Shown here in pieces: positions 51,706 to 64,000 of a stretch of 64,000 nucleotides of DNA. Location: contig CM120645.1 of the NCBI GenBank assembly GCA_051362555.1, forward strand, positions 3,844,001 through 3,908,000, in the 5' to 3' direction. A program made the position numbers and the translations under genes. Under the pieces are notes generated by a model. The model worked only from the letters and a program-made list of their open reading frames with translations. It did no database searches and was not told where the DNA came from. Numbering within the stretch: position 1 is the stretch's first letter; each line of letters starts with the position of its first letter. Origin of the DNA: Lingula anatina. Its lineage: Eukaryota; Animalia; Brachiopoda.

Positions 51706-54093
51706 CTACACCATATCTGCGTTTGAAAGCGCGCTCATTTCCTGCAGAAGGAGGGTCAAAGATGGCCGCAGAGCAGGATCGTCTGCTACGCACTGTCCCA
51801 TCAAAACTTTCAAATCCTCCATCTTCTCTCCCTCCGCCAGCGCCTGCAGCACGTGGCCTAAACTGTACACATCCCAGGCTGCTGAAGAGACGCCATGTTC
51901 GAAGATTTCAGGCGCCAGATGGACGCTATCGTGGCGGAGAGCTCTCAGGGTTTCTAAAGAGAACCTCTCTGGTGGCATCATGGGCTTGTCGCCGTTGAGG
52001 GCGCACGCGGCTCCAAAGTCCACGATGCGAGGGTGAATGGCACCCTGACGGTCGCGTGTCACCATGATGTTCTCGTACTTGAGATCAAAGACACCGACTC
52101 CTTTCTGGAACGAATAAAATTTTGTCTTAAAGTATATTTCATAAATAATTTAAAGACGTCAGTATGGAATATTAGAAAAGTTATATGAAATGGACACAAG
52201 CACATAACGACCAAGGGCCATCTTCTCGAAGGGCTTTAGCTTGTATTTTTTTAAAATAAATTTTCACGTCAGTCCAATTGTTCACGTAGGTTGGTATTCT
52301 CGAAAGTTTGTAAGTTACTACGGACAGTTACGTGAAAAGTTACAAACAATCGTAAGTACAATAGAAGTAAGTAGGCCTACACTAGTTTTGAGAATAGTGC
52401 TAAAGACCAAGTAACAAATAGTTACAAAAGTTACAACCTTTTGAGAATTCGGCCCCAGGCAGAGAGAGAGCAACGAAATTCAAAACATAAAGAAAATAAA
52501 AACGGAAAGGCAATGTACACCAATTTCAATGTAACAGTCCAGAAATATACACGTCTGAAAAAAAAAAACATAGAACATTTTAAAAATTATATTGAAACGC
52601 ACCTCGTGTATCTCCTGCACCCCTTCCACAAGTTCCAGGCTGAAGTTCAGCCAGTCTTGTGACGTCAGTCCCCGGCGAGCAAAGTAAGTCTGCGAGAACT
52701 TCTTCAAGTCGAAGCACTGCAAAGTGCTCTTCCTGAAGCGAACCAGTTCCGTGACTACAGCCAGGTGGGCAAATCTGCCCTCTGCAACGCCGCCGTCCGC
52801 CCCGTAGTCGACCAACCCGTAGAACTCAGGGCAAAGCTTTGTGCCGGCAAGGTGGCCCAGGACGGCTGCCTCGCGGCGAATTCTCTGGTCGGAGGAGTAT
52901 TTCCTCTTGAACATCTTCACGGCCACGACGTCGCCAGTGGGCCGGTGAGTGGCAAGGAAGACGGTGCCAAAGCCACCGCTGCCTATTTCAACCAGCCTCC
53001 CGCGAGAGTCTCTATCAAACTCGATGTCAGCAGGAGAGCATTCCTTGATGTTTTTCTGAAAAAAAGGAAAAAGCGCCTATTATTGAAAGTTCAGGAAATT
53101 TTGTATTTCAGACCTCTATTTGTACTGTCTTATTTCAGCTTAGTAGTAACTTGAATTTGAAAAGTAATCACTGAACACTGTTCTACATCGTATTGTGGAC
53201 AAAAGTTACAGGTGTGTGTGTGTATGTGTGAGTGTGTGTGTGTGTGTGAGAAAGAGAGAGAGAGAGAGAGAGAACGACGTCCGTAAAAAGTAAAATTAAG
53301 AAGAAAAGAAATTTTTCATCACACCAACCAGATCATCGTCAATGGTAGCCGATGACAAAAATCCAGGTTTCAGACTTTCAATGGTATCCAAAGAAATCTG
53401 AAGAGAAACATCAGCTATGTCCCGGAGGAGATCTGGAGTACGGAGCGATCCATTTCCTCCATTCATTCCTTGTACGTGGAGGGATTCATTGGCGGCAGTG
53501 CTGATTGAGATGGTGGGACTTTTACCAGCGCAAAACAGACTCCGCACCCTCTGTTTCATGACTGCCCAGACACTAGGCCGTCCCTGAGAATGATAACAGA
53601 TCCCATGTAATAAACTGTAATTGCATATGCCTTCATTAATTGCAAGTTAAGAAGTAAAATAAAAGCAAATAAGTTAAAGTCCAGAAAGTTATGAATTGCG
53701 AGTTTAATTTTCGTAAGAGTCAATTAGTGAGTAAATTATTTTAGTATTTGGCGAAAATGAAAAAATGCCAAAGTCACACAAATTTTTAATTGGTTGGTAA
53801 ACTTTACATTCCAAAAAGTATTTTTCCATGAGGTGTATAACGCCTGCAGACTGGACTGCATTCAATTCTAACTTAGATTTGTGATGAAGTAGGTGGTTTA
53901 TTTAAGACTTTCAACAAAAAGATTTTAGTGGGGCATAGAACATAATTACGTTAATGTTCACAGTGAAATGCCGATATAAAAAAGTCATTCCTACATGCAA
54001 ACAGTAAGGAGATATCCTTTTAAAACCACTTACCAGGGTAGAAACCCTCCTTGTTTTGGTCTTCATAGCTCGCATTTGAGAAATACATAACAT
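51706..54093 (-). CDS. Protein kinase, Ser/Thr-type fold, atypical catalytic loop; tandem copy A
   Basis: Exons 54093-54034 (start uncertain; donor gtaagt), 53583-53329, 53055-52603 and 52104-51706, all phase 0. Motifs: GSGGFGTV, VAVK, RREA, GVFDLKYEN, DFG, APE, DVYSLG, DPALRPS. Confidence 0.85.
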
Positions 54094-54925
54094 TTTCACA
54101 ATAAGTAAATTGAAAAATACGTGCAAAAAACACCGTCAAACGTAGACGTTGTCAGAGTCGAACGTGATTATAGCAACGGCTCCACGGCAACCGCTGCCCT
54201 ATGACGTAATTTTATTGTGACATGCAGTGGTTTGTAACATTTCGATGACGTCACTGAGGGGACGTCTGCTATGTCGCCATATTCAACTGTTTTTCTTTGT
54301 GGCCGCCACATCCTCACGACAGGAGTTGTGTATTTGTTTTTTCTAAACTTAAAATGCACCATCCTGAATGAGATATTATGCATATTTTGAAAAAAAAAAA
54401 AAACAAAGAAAAACAGGAGTCTGTTTTCAGGATGCGCGTAGCCAATATTTTTCTGCACGAGGCAAAATCTCTTGCAATCAATTTAAAGACCTCTTGGCAA
54501 AAAGTAGTATAAGATGACACATATAGTACAATAAACAATAGTTTATGGGAATTTTTGTAAAATTAATGCAACAATCAGAATAATTGTCCATTTGATGTGG
54601 TCGGTGTTTTGAGTGAAACAATGTCGCTTTGAAAAACTGTCAGGTTTATTTGGTTGAATATGAAAATAAAAAAGAGCAAAAAGGCACAGCCACAAACACA
54701 CACGCACACACACACACGCACACACACACACAGACACACACACACAGTAATGTATTTACAAGATGTACATAGGAATGTACTCCACGCATACGCGTTTTCG
54801 CTATATAATCTGAGGCAATATGCCTGGATGAGGTTAGCCCTTGTAGTTTTATGTAAGTCTGATAACATCAGATGTAATATTTTGTACATTCCAATCAGGG
54901 CTTAAGTTATATACAGAGTCACAGT

Positions 54926-55666
54926 CTAAGCCATATCTGCGTTTGAAAGCGCGTTCATTTCCTGCAGAAGGAGGGCCAAAGATGGTCGCAGAGCAGGATC
55001 GTCTGCTACGCACTGTCCCATCAAAAATTTCAAGTCCTCCATCTTCTCTCCCTCCGCCAGGTCCTGCAGCACGTGGCCTAAACTGTACACATCCCAGGCT
55101 GCTGAAGAGACGCCATGTTCGAAGATTTCAGGCGCCAGATGGACGCTATCGTGGCGGAGAGCTCTCAGGGTTTCTAAAGAGAACCTCTCTGGTGGCATCA
55201 TGGGCTTGTCGCCGTTGAGGGCGCACGCGGCTCCAAAGTCCACGATGCGAGGGTGAATGGCACCCTGACGGTCGCGTGTCACCATGATGTTCTCGTACTT
55301 GAGATCAAAGACACCGACTCCTTTCTGGAACGAATAAAATTTTGTCTTAAAGTATATTTCATAAGTAATTTAAAGACATCAGTATAAAATATTAGAAAAG
55401 CTACATGAAATGGATACAAGCACATAAGGGCCGTATTCTCGAAAGGTTTTAGCTTGAATTTTTTTAATTAGATTTTACACGTCAGTCCGATTGTTCACGT
55501 AGGTTGGTATTCTCGAAAGTTTCTAAGTTCCTACGGACAGTTACGTGACAAGTTACAAAAATTCGTAAGTACAATAGCTGCACTAGTTTTGAGAATACTG
55601 CGAAAGACCAAAGTTACAAGTTTACGTAAATAGTTACAAAAGTTACAACCCTTTGAGAATACGGCC

Positions 55667-55715
<49 letters not shown>

Positions 55716-56464
55716 CGAAATTCAAAACATATAAATAAATAAAACTGAAAAACAATGCACACTTATTTTAATGCAACAATCCAGAAATATTATACTGTCA
55801 ACTAATCACACGTCTGAAAAAATGATCAGAACATTTTAAAAATTATACTGAAACGCACCTCGTGTATCTCCTGCACTCCTTCTACCAGTTCCAGGCTGAA
55901 GTTCAGCCAGTCTTGTGGCGTCAGTCCCCGGCGAGCAAAGTAAGTCTGCGAGAACTTCTTCAAGTCGAAGCACTGCAAAGTGCTCTTCCTGAAGCGAACC
56001 AGTTCCGTGACTACAGCCAGGTGAGCAAATCTGCCCTCTGCGACGCCGCCGTCCGCCCCGTAGTCGACCAACCCGTAGAACTCAGGGCAAAGCTTCGTGC
56101 CGGCAAGGTGGCCCAGGACGGCTGCCTCGCGGCGAATTCTCTGGTCGGAGGAGTATTTCCTCTTGAACATCTTCACGGCCACGACGTCGCCAGTGGGCCG
56201 GTGAGTGGCAAGGAAGACGGTGCCAAAGCCACCGCTGCCTATTTCAACCAGCCTCCCGCGAGAGTCTCTATCAAACTCGATGTCAGCAGGAGAGCATTCC
56301 TTGATGTTTTTCTGAAAAAAGGAAACAGCGCCTTTTATTGAAAGTTCAGGAAATTTTGTATTTCAGACCTTTATTTGTACTGTCTTATTTCAGCTTAGTA
56401 GTAACTTGAATTTGAAAAGTAATCACTGAACAGTGTTCTACATCGTATTGTGGACAAAAGTGAC

Positions 56465-56542
<78 letters not shown>

Positions 56543-57371
56543 GAGAGAGGGGTAGAGAACGAAGTCCGTAAAAAGTAAAGATAAGAAGAAAAGAAATTCT
56601 TCATCACACCCACCAGATCATCGTCAATGGTAGCCGATGACAAAAATCCAGGTTTCAGACTTTCAATGGTATCCAAAGAAATCTGAAGAGAAATGTCAGC
56701 TATGTCCCGGAGGAGATCTGGAGTACGGAGCGATCCATTTCCTCCATTCATTCCTTGTACGAGGGATTCACTGGCGGCAGTGCTGATTGAGATGGTGGGA
56801 CTTTTACCAGCGCAAAACAGACTCCGCACCCTCTGTTTCATGACTGCCCAGACACTAGGCCGTCCCTGAGAATGATAACAGATCCCATGTAATAAACTGT
56901 AATTGCGTATGCCTTCATTAATTGCAAGTTAAGAATTAAAACAAAAGCAAATAAGTTAAAGTCCAGCAAGTTATGAACTGCAAGTTTGATTTCCTTAAGA
57001 GTCAACTGGTGAGTAAATTGTTTGTATTTGGCGAAAATGGAAAATGCCAAAGGCACATGAAGTTTTAGTTGGTTGGTGAATTTCGCAATCAAAAAAGTAT
57101 TTTTCCATGACATGTATAACATCTGCAGACTGGACTGCATTCAATTCTAACTTAGATTTGTGATGAAGTAGGTGGTTTATTTAAGTTTTCAACAAAAAGA
57201 TTTTAGTGGGGCATAGAACATAATTACGTTAATGTTCACAGTGAAATGCCGATATAAAATAGTCATTCCATCATGCAAACAGTAAGAAGATATCCTTTTA
57301 AAACCACTTACCAGGGAAGAAACCCTCCTTGTTTTGGTCTTCATAGCTCGCATTTGAGAAATACATAACAT
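54926..57371 (-). CDS. Protein kinase, tandem copy B
   Basis: Exons 57371-57312, 56865-56614, 56311-55859 and 55324-54926. Near-identical to copy A, with a few substitutions and one 3-bp indel in exon 2. The frame is intact. Confidence 0.85.
55428..55667. mobile_element. MITE (Harbinger-like GGGCC...GGCCC ends) in the last kinase intron; diverged paralog at ~52215-52456
   Basis: gggccgtattctc...gagaatacggccc terminal inverted repeats with internal agttac repeats. Confidence 0.6.
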
Positions 57372-58296
57372 TTTCACAATAAGTAAATTGAAAAATACGT
57401 GCAAAAAACACCGTCAAACGTAGACGTTGTCAGAGTCGAACGTGATTATAGCAACGGCTCCACGGCAACCGCTGCCCTATGATGTAATTTTATTGTGACG
57501 TTTAGTGCTTTGTAACATTTCGCTGATGTCATTGAGGGGACGTCTCCTTACGTCTGATGACTTCGTCAAATACGTCTCAGTCGCAGCGTTCCATTGTTCA
57601 TCATTGTAGCCACGTCATCCTCACGAATCGAGTATTTCAACAGTTGTGTATTTGTTTTTTCAAAGCTTAAGTGCATGATCTTGAATGAAAAATTATGCAT
57701 ATTTGTAAAGATAAACATGAGTCTTTTTTTCGGGATTTTTTTTTCTGGGTGGATAAAACAGTGGCCAGAACAAGAACAACGGTAGTTTGGGACCTAGAAT
57801 AAAAATAGACAAGCGCTAAGGCGTTTTATCATGTGAATGGGTAGACAGACATTTGTAGTGGAAACAAAAAATTATTATTTTTAGGAAACAATTCTATTCA
57901 CATCACTAAAATCATTTTAAATCAAGTTTTCTTCACTGTACATTGTTAGTCTCCCCACTCTGCACATTTGAATCAATGGAGCAGACGCACTTCCTTGACC
58001 AACTTTGAAATTTCGCTCCATCTAGAATTCACCTGTTGCGATTATAAGATTCTGTAACGTGTGATTGTTACTTTTGAGGTTGGGGCTTTGATTTGATTTT
58101 TCTTTCTTTCTTTCTTTTTTCATGTATTCGATAACTGAAAGGTAACAACAGCGTTACTTTGTTCTTCATGTCTAAAAAATTACAACCCTGTTAGGCCTTC
58201 AAAGGCCGATAACAGAGCCAATAATATTTTTTCGTCGATTGTCATGTTTGTGCAATCTTTGCTAAATAAATATGGCACTGGACTGTGGATGGCGTA

Positions 58297-61200
58297 TTAA
58301 TGTCCATCTCGATTCTGCTGGAAGCCGTAAGCAGCTTTAAGAAGAGTCGCCTCATCAAAATGCTTTCCGACGATCATGAGGCCAACCGGAAGTCCATCTG
58401 CGAATCCTGCATTGATGCTGAGTGCCGGGTGATGGGTGACGTTGAACTGGGGCGTGTTGTGAATCATCTCAAGGCTTCGCTCTATACTCTCTAAAACAGA
58501 TAGAAAGAGAGGGCTAGAAACGAGTGAAATATTCAAAGTATGTCAAAATGAACGTTTTGATTCATTCAAGCTGTTTCAAAATGTAATAAGGATGGGATTG
58601 CGATTAACGCTCAAACTCGATCTTACGTTTGAAACACAGAATGTCACCACGTGACGTCGGTGACAACTCAACCTCAGTTTCAAAGGTAAGGTTCAGTATT
58701 ACGGTTAATTTCAATTATATCCGTAGTGTGCTCAAGGTAATTTTCGTAAAGATTGGCATTATTATTATTATTATTAGCAATCAATTTAAAGTTTAACCTT
58801 ACAAAATTATTTTGCACATGATAAATTGATAGGAGTGTGTATACGAAACTAGTTAGTAACTGTCGTGAATCAGTTATTCTGGGAAGATCTTGCAGTTTTC
58901 AATGAAAGTGAGTCTACCTACCTATAATACTGGCTTTCTTTTCCAACAGCTTTGCCGGCAAAATGTGTATAGTGGGCATGACGATGACGTCATAGTTGGC
59001 GAGGGCGTCATCATAGGCCTGTCGAAGCAGTCGGGCGCAGTTCATGGCTTTAGCATAGTGGATGTGGTTGTAGCGTTGTTTCGTATACTCTCCAATCAAG
59101 GCGTTGACTTTAACCGTGTGTGACACGTCATTGAAATGGGTCCTCAAACCACGAGCCTGAGCCTCTTGCATCGATGTTGGGTAAAATCCGGGAAAACCAA
59201 ACGCCGATCCTTAAATTATAGAAGTCAAGATTGATTCCCTGTAGCCAATGTTAAGAAAGCGGAAAAAGGCAACAAACTTTTGCGTTTCAGCTATTTTTTG
59301 GCATTAAAAACGTTAACACAAAAGTAACGTTTACAATTTTTGTCCAACATAGACCTATTGTATACGACATTTATTGATACAGTCGTTTCGTCTAAACAAG
59401 TATAATACTAACCCGCTCCATTGAAAATGTTTTCATAGCATCCTTCTAATAAAATTGGCGCAACCAGCTTTCGGCCTACAAAAGGACAAACGCAATGTTA
59501 TGTCCAAATTGTACACTGTACAGAACATAGTAAAACAAGTAAAATATAGAAAAATCTTGTATTTAAAATGAATCGTATTTATTAAATTTACGTGTACGCG
59601 TTCAGACTATTTGAATATAGAAAAATCTTGTATTTAAAATTAATCGTATTTATTAAATTTACGTGTACGCGTTCAGACTATTTGATTTGGCTAACATCTA
59701 AGAATACCTAAAACGTCACATGTAACATGCATGCAAGTAAGTGTGCAGCTTGAAAGCTATGATTTGAACATTATCGGTATCCCTTTCTTTTCACATCTTT
59801 CATATTTCATGATCAGTAAAATATAGGAAATCATTTTTATATTAAAACAATAAAATAATACCAGTAATGTGCAAAGGAATGCTGATCTCTTGCACTTTGG
59901 CACCGGCTGCTTGAAAATACTGCATGGAGGCCCGAATGGTGGAAGTAACCTGTTCTTCACATTTAAAAAATCCTTCTTTTACCAAACCCACATTCATGTC
60001 CGTGAGGTCAGCAGACAACTATAGTAAAAGGTATTACGCTGCATGCAGATTCAAAGATTTGAAGCTATACTTAAAGAAATTGTGCCAAATTCTAACTTCC
60101 GCAAGCAAAAAAGTAATGTTTTCTATACTCGAATTACCCCCCGACCCATCCCTGACTTTGACTAAAATTTTTGGTACTACTTCCAAATTAATAACCTAAG
60201 TGACAATCATGATTTATCGGGTAGTTTAACGTTATTTAGCCACAATAAATATGACTGTGTACTTATTTGAAATGCAAATTGTATACCTTTGAGGGAGCCA
60301 TAGTTCAGAGTTGTTGAAAATAGGGTTGACTTGATACGACCAAAATTTACAGACAAGTACATGTACATACGTTAACCTACAGAACATACAAATGTTCCAT
60401 CCCCATGTTAATCTGTTTTTTAGCCGATTGTTGTAAATTATAGCAAGTTCATATGATCACAAGAGAATACAAAAGCTTTCACAAAAACAAATGTAGTACC
60501 GAGATGGGCAAAACAATAATTTAGAAATAAAAAAGCTAACCCTTTACACTGTAATACACAAAACGTCACAGTCATCGGATATAATCTTGTCAACTTAAGT
60601 GGTCTGACATGGGGTTTTACAATAAATTAGCCAAACTTCTATTGAGCAGTGCAAAAATTCTGACCAAATCTGAAAACTGAACAATTTTATTCCCACCACA
60701 GTCCAAAGTATTAATGGATAACTTACTAGTTTTGCATATTCTGGTACCACTAAGTTCTGAGGTTGCCTTGGATCAAGACCATTATCGTAACCAGCAGTAA
60801 CCTTTGGCAAATGAAAAAAAATCAAATAGCGCATATATTTAATTGTGTCATTCAGAGAAGTGAAAAATACAAGTAAATATTTCTTTTTGTAACAGGCTTT
60901 ACAAATCATTAGTTTATTTATTGGATAATTTTTACACTGAGATGGGATAAATGCTTCTAAGATAAAACGCGGGTATTAAGGGAATAACAACTAAAAATCA
61001 TCCATCATATTTCTTGGCAAAAACAAAGTATTAACCGCCTTTACGACGTTAAAGGAAAAGACTGCTTTTGGTAAAAAAAAAAAGGTGGATTTGCTCTTTC
61101 TTTTGATACATGCCCTACCGGTACATGCCGTACAGCCCTATAAAATATCGGAATTCCAACACGCAGAGTAGCTTTGAATACACCGAAGACGGCAAGGCAT

Positions 61201-63036
61201 TTTATTTTCATCGAACTGAATTCAAAAATTGACCTGTAAGGCGTGTTTTGTTAACGTTAATCCCTCTTACGTCACAGCTAACCTCCAATAATAAGGCACA
61301 GTCCTCCACAGTCCTCGTCATAGGTCCCATATGGTCGAGATGAGGGTGCATGGCGGACGCTCCGGTGTACGGAACCAACCCCCACGTGGGTTTTAACCCC
61401 ACAATACCACACCATGAGGCAGGCATACGTATAGATCCACCTTGGTCGCCGCCAAGAGCCATGTCAATTTGGCCCCCTGCGACCTTCAAAATATGAAAAA
61501 ATTGTGACTCAAAATTAAATCTCTGAAAAAAAATTTACGAAGTGACCACTTGGGTCTTTTTAGAAGAAATTAAATAGGGGGTGTCATAGATCAAGGCCCC
61601 TATTTAATTACGCATTCCATACAAGCAAACTGGCAGCTCATCTGTAAATTACTTGGCCAATTAACATGCTCATTATGCTGTTAACAATGCAAAGACCCAA
61701 CTGGGATCTGGCCTGTGCCATATGCATCCCCAAATGCAGGCAATAAATTCTACGGGATATGCGGTGTTCACATGTAGAAAACAACGTGTAGTCATGTACT
61801 TACCAGGGCTGCACTACCAGCACTGGTACCACCAGCCGAACGCGTTGGGTCATATGGATTTAAAACCGGCATTTTACTGTTGGTGAAACTACTTCCACCC
61901 AAGCACAGGTCCTCGGATGCAGTTTTCCCAAGAATTCGTCCACCTGAATAAAACAAGTTTATTGTTGTCAAAATGTTGTAACGGCTCCCACATGGAGAGC
62001 ATTTATCGGTATCACAGTTTTGAGAAATCTGGCCATAATCCATGCTAAAATTAAAGATGCATTTGAAGCGAGTTGGCATGTCAAATCATTGCCTAACCCG
62101 ACCAAATGCCCCCTTATAGTTTCAAAAACTTAAAGAAATACCAAATATCAATTCAAGCGTAACACCAATATTTGTCCACGTCACCTGCGTCCAGTATCCT
62201 GGTGACCACAGTGGCATCAAACTCTGGCATGTAGCCCTCCAACACCCTGGACCCGTTCATCATAGGTACCCCAGCCACCGCCGTGTTGTCTTTGATACCC
62301 AGGGTTTTCCCAGCCAACTTCCCAGAGGGGGCACCTTGAATATCTGTACGCCAGTACCTAAATAGTTTAAAAAAAAAGTAAAACAATGTTTAACGATGGA
62401 ATTACGTTAGCATCAAGTCACTCTTCGACAAAAGATACCAAAAGTCGCATTATTCATTGTTTGCAATAAGAGATATTTTGTTCTTTCAACTGCATTGCAA
62501 CATCACATGGCTGTAAGAAATGACGCTAGAAAAAAAAAGGCGTTTGCAGCGTCGTGGATTTGACAGCTATATCTCTTTTCAGATGAAAGATAATTAGTGA
62601 TGGTTATTGAAGAAAAACAGTTACAGAGGAACATTATAATCAGAAAAAAATATTTATATCAAAGGGGTCACCCAGATCTAGATGGGATCAAAACCGTTTA
62701 CAGATTTGTCTTACTCCCGGAATTATACTGTTTGATTACACCAAACATCAGTTTAGCGATCTTCATTATTAGGTTACGGACAATAAAGGCTCCCTAAAGC
62801 GATTGACATATTTCGCTACACTCAAACCATCTATAGCCAGACGATGACTAAACATTAGCATAAAACGCCTTTAATTTAAACTGTGCCGAAAGTGCCCATT
62901 TGTGCTCACCAGCCATTGAAAGGGTTGTCGTCTGCCTTTGGACGCCATCCGGGGGTTCGAGGATAATTAACAGGTAACGTAGGTTCTGCCAGTTCATCCA
63001 GCACGCTGTAGTCTTCATCAAGGCCGAGCATCCGTT
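58297..63036 (-). CDS. Amidase-signature family enzyme, 5'-partial (9 exons visible)
   Basis: Exons 63036-62910, 62357-62185, 61943-61804, 61483-61283, 60801-60727, 60018-59862, 59475-59413, 59209-58922 and 58490-58297 are GT-AG and phase-compatible. Motifs: [79 protein letters not shown]. Confidence 0.92.
59544..59684. repeat. 70-bp direct tandem duplication in an amidase intron
   Basis: aatatagaaaaatcttgtatttaaaat.aatcgtatttattaaatttacgtgtacgcgttcagactatttg occurs twice. Confidence 0.9.
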
Positions 63037-63219
63037 CTAAGAGATAAAAAAGACAATAGACACTGGTTGTTAGTAATTGTTGTATGTGACGAAAATGACC
63101 AGTCTGTAGCACAAAGCATTCAATTGAAAGGAATGAGTAGCATGAAAAAGTTTTTATGGTCGACTTACGGATCTTTTGCGCAGACGCCAGACATGTTAAG
63201 ATGCAGAGGAGAGTGCGCG

Positions 63220-63294
<75 letters not shown>
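63220..63294. repeat. Compound (CA)n(GA)n microsatellite; similar ones at 27830, 53210, 55670 and 56467
   Basis: Directly visible. Confidence 0.9.
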
Positions 63295-63297
<3 letters not shown>

Positions 63298-64000
63298 CTA
63301 AAAATCTGAACCTATTCATAATTATTCCATATGGCCGACATGCGACAGCATTTCAGTTATCTGATCATCTTCTTTCTGAAGGGGCCGCGATACTGTTGGA
63401 TATCTATATCGTCTGTTGCTTTTCTTCCTTGCAGCAAGTAATAAATACTGTGCATTACAGGTGTATTAATGCGTTACGTAAGAGAAATAGCATGACTGTG
63501 AATTACTATTCTACCTCTGTATGCAGTTAATTCTTCCTCCGATAGTTCCAGTCCTAGGTTCTCTGCGAGCTTTCTCAACTGACATTTGTTGGGAGGAATA
63601 AAAGTGGGCGCCTTGGCGTAACCATTGGGGACTGGAAAATTGTTAAATTTAAGAAATATAAATTCCTATAATATATTGGTGATAATGTATAAACCGATGT
63701 AATTAAAGCCAGCCTGTTAAGAAGACTTACATGTATATTATACACGGTTAATAAATTAAAGTTTGACCACATGCAGGTTTTCTGAATATATGGATATCTC
63801 TCCTGTTTAAAACGCACACTACATCGTCTTAACTTGAAATAGTGAAGGCAAAATTCCCACACCCACCCCTTAAAAACACTATAATGTGATGAAAATATGA
63901 CTTCGGGCTTGATACCCGTTGTTTATTTAGGATTTCAAACAATTTATGAAAACATCACATAACATCTGAGAAATGGTCTGTGTTTCACGTTTTATCAGAT

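Larger units (their letters stand above)
47135..57720. repeat. Tandem segmental duplication of a ~3.3-kb unit; copy A is split by the 4.1-kb transposon
   Basis: 47135-47570 plus 51682-54420 aligns with 54440-57720, including introns and flanks. Confidence 0.9.

Noticed and set aside
53995-54033. Longer kinase exon 1 ending at CAT|gtagga
   Set aside because: That donor is not conserved in copy B (gatgga). The gtaagt donor at 54033 is conserved in both copies and in phase.
51636-56341. Plus-strand ORFs (51636-51998, 52765-53154, 54943-55218, 55862-56341)
   Set aside because: They are antisense shadows of the GC-rich kinase exons and carry no independent motifs.

Overview
AT-rich, intron-containing animal genomic DNA, probably an invertebrate (mollusc/lophotrochozoan-like repeats; inference). 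Genes from left to right: the last exon of a monoglyceride-lipase-like hydrolase (+), a 5-exon TLC-domain membrane protein (+), a complete 28-coding-exon laminin beta chain gene (+, 16.3-44.0 kb), two tandem copies of a 4-exon atypical protein kinase (-), and most of an amidase-signature enzyme gene (-, 5' end outside the window). The most striking structure is a nested mobile-element cluster at 47.6-51.7 kb. A decayed ~4.1-kb TTAA-targeting DNA transposon (Sola3-like) sits 20 bp past the stop codon of one kinase copy, and the other copy shows the empty site. Inside it is a 323-bp miniature LTR retrotransposon (TRIM) whose two 132-bp LTRs each carry a complete tRNA-Thr(UGU)-like cloverleaf. 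It also has a tRNA-Leu primer-binding site, a polypurine tract and a 4-bp ATCT target-site duplication. Other elements include Helentron-type (HINE) repeats, a tRNA-headed SINE, MITEs and a 30-bp palindromic transposon footprint. All coordinates were read by eye and may be off by a few bases.
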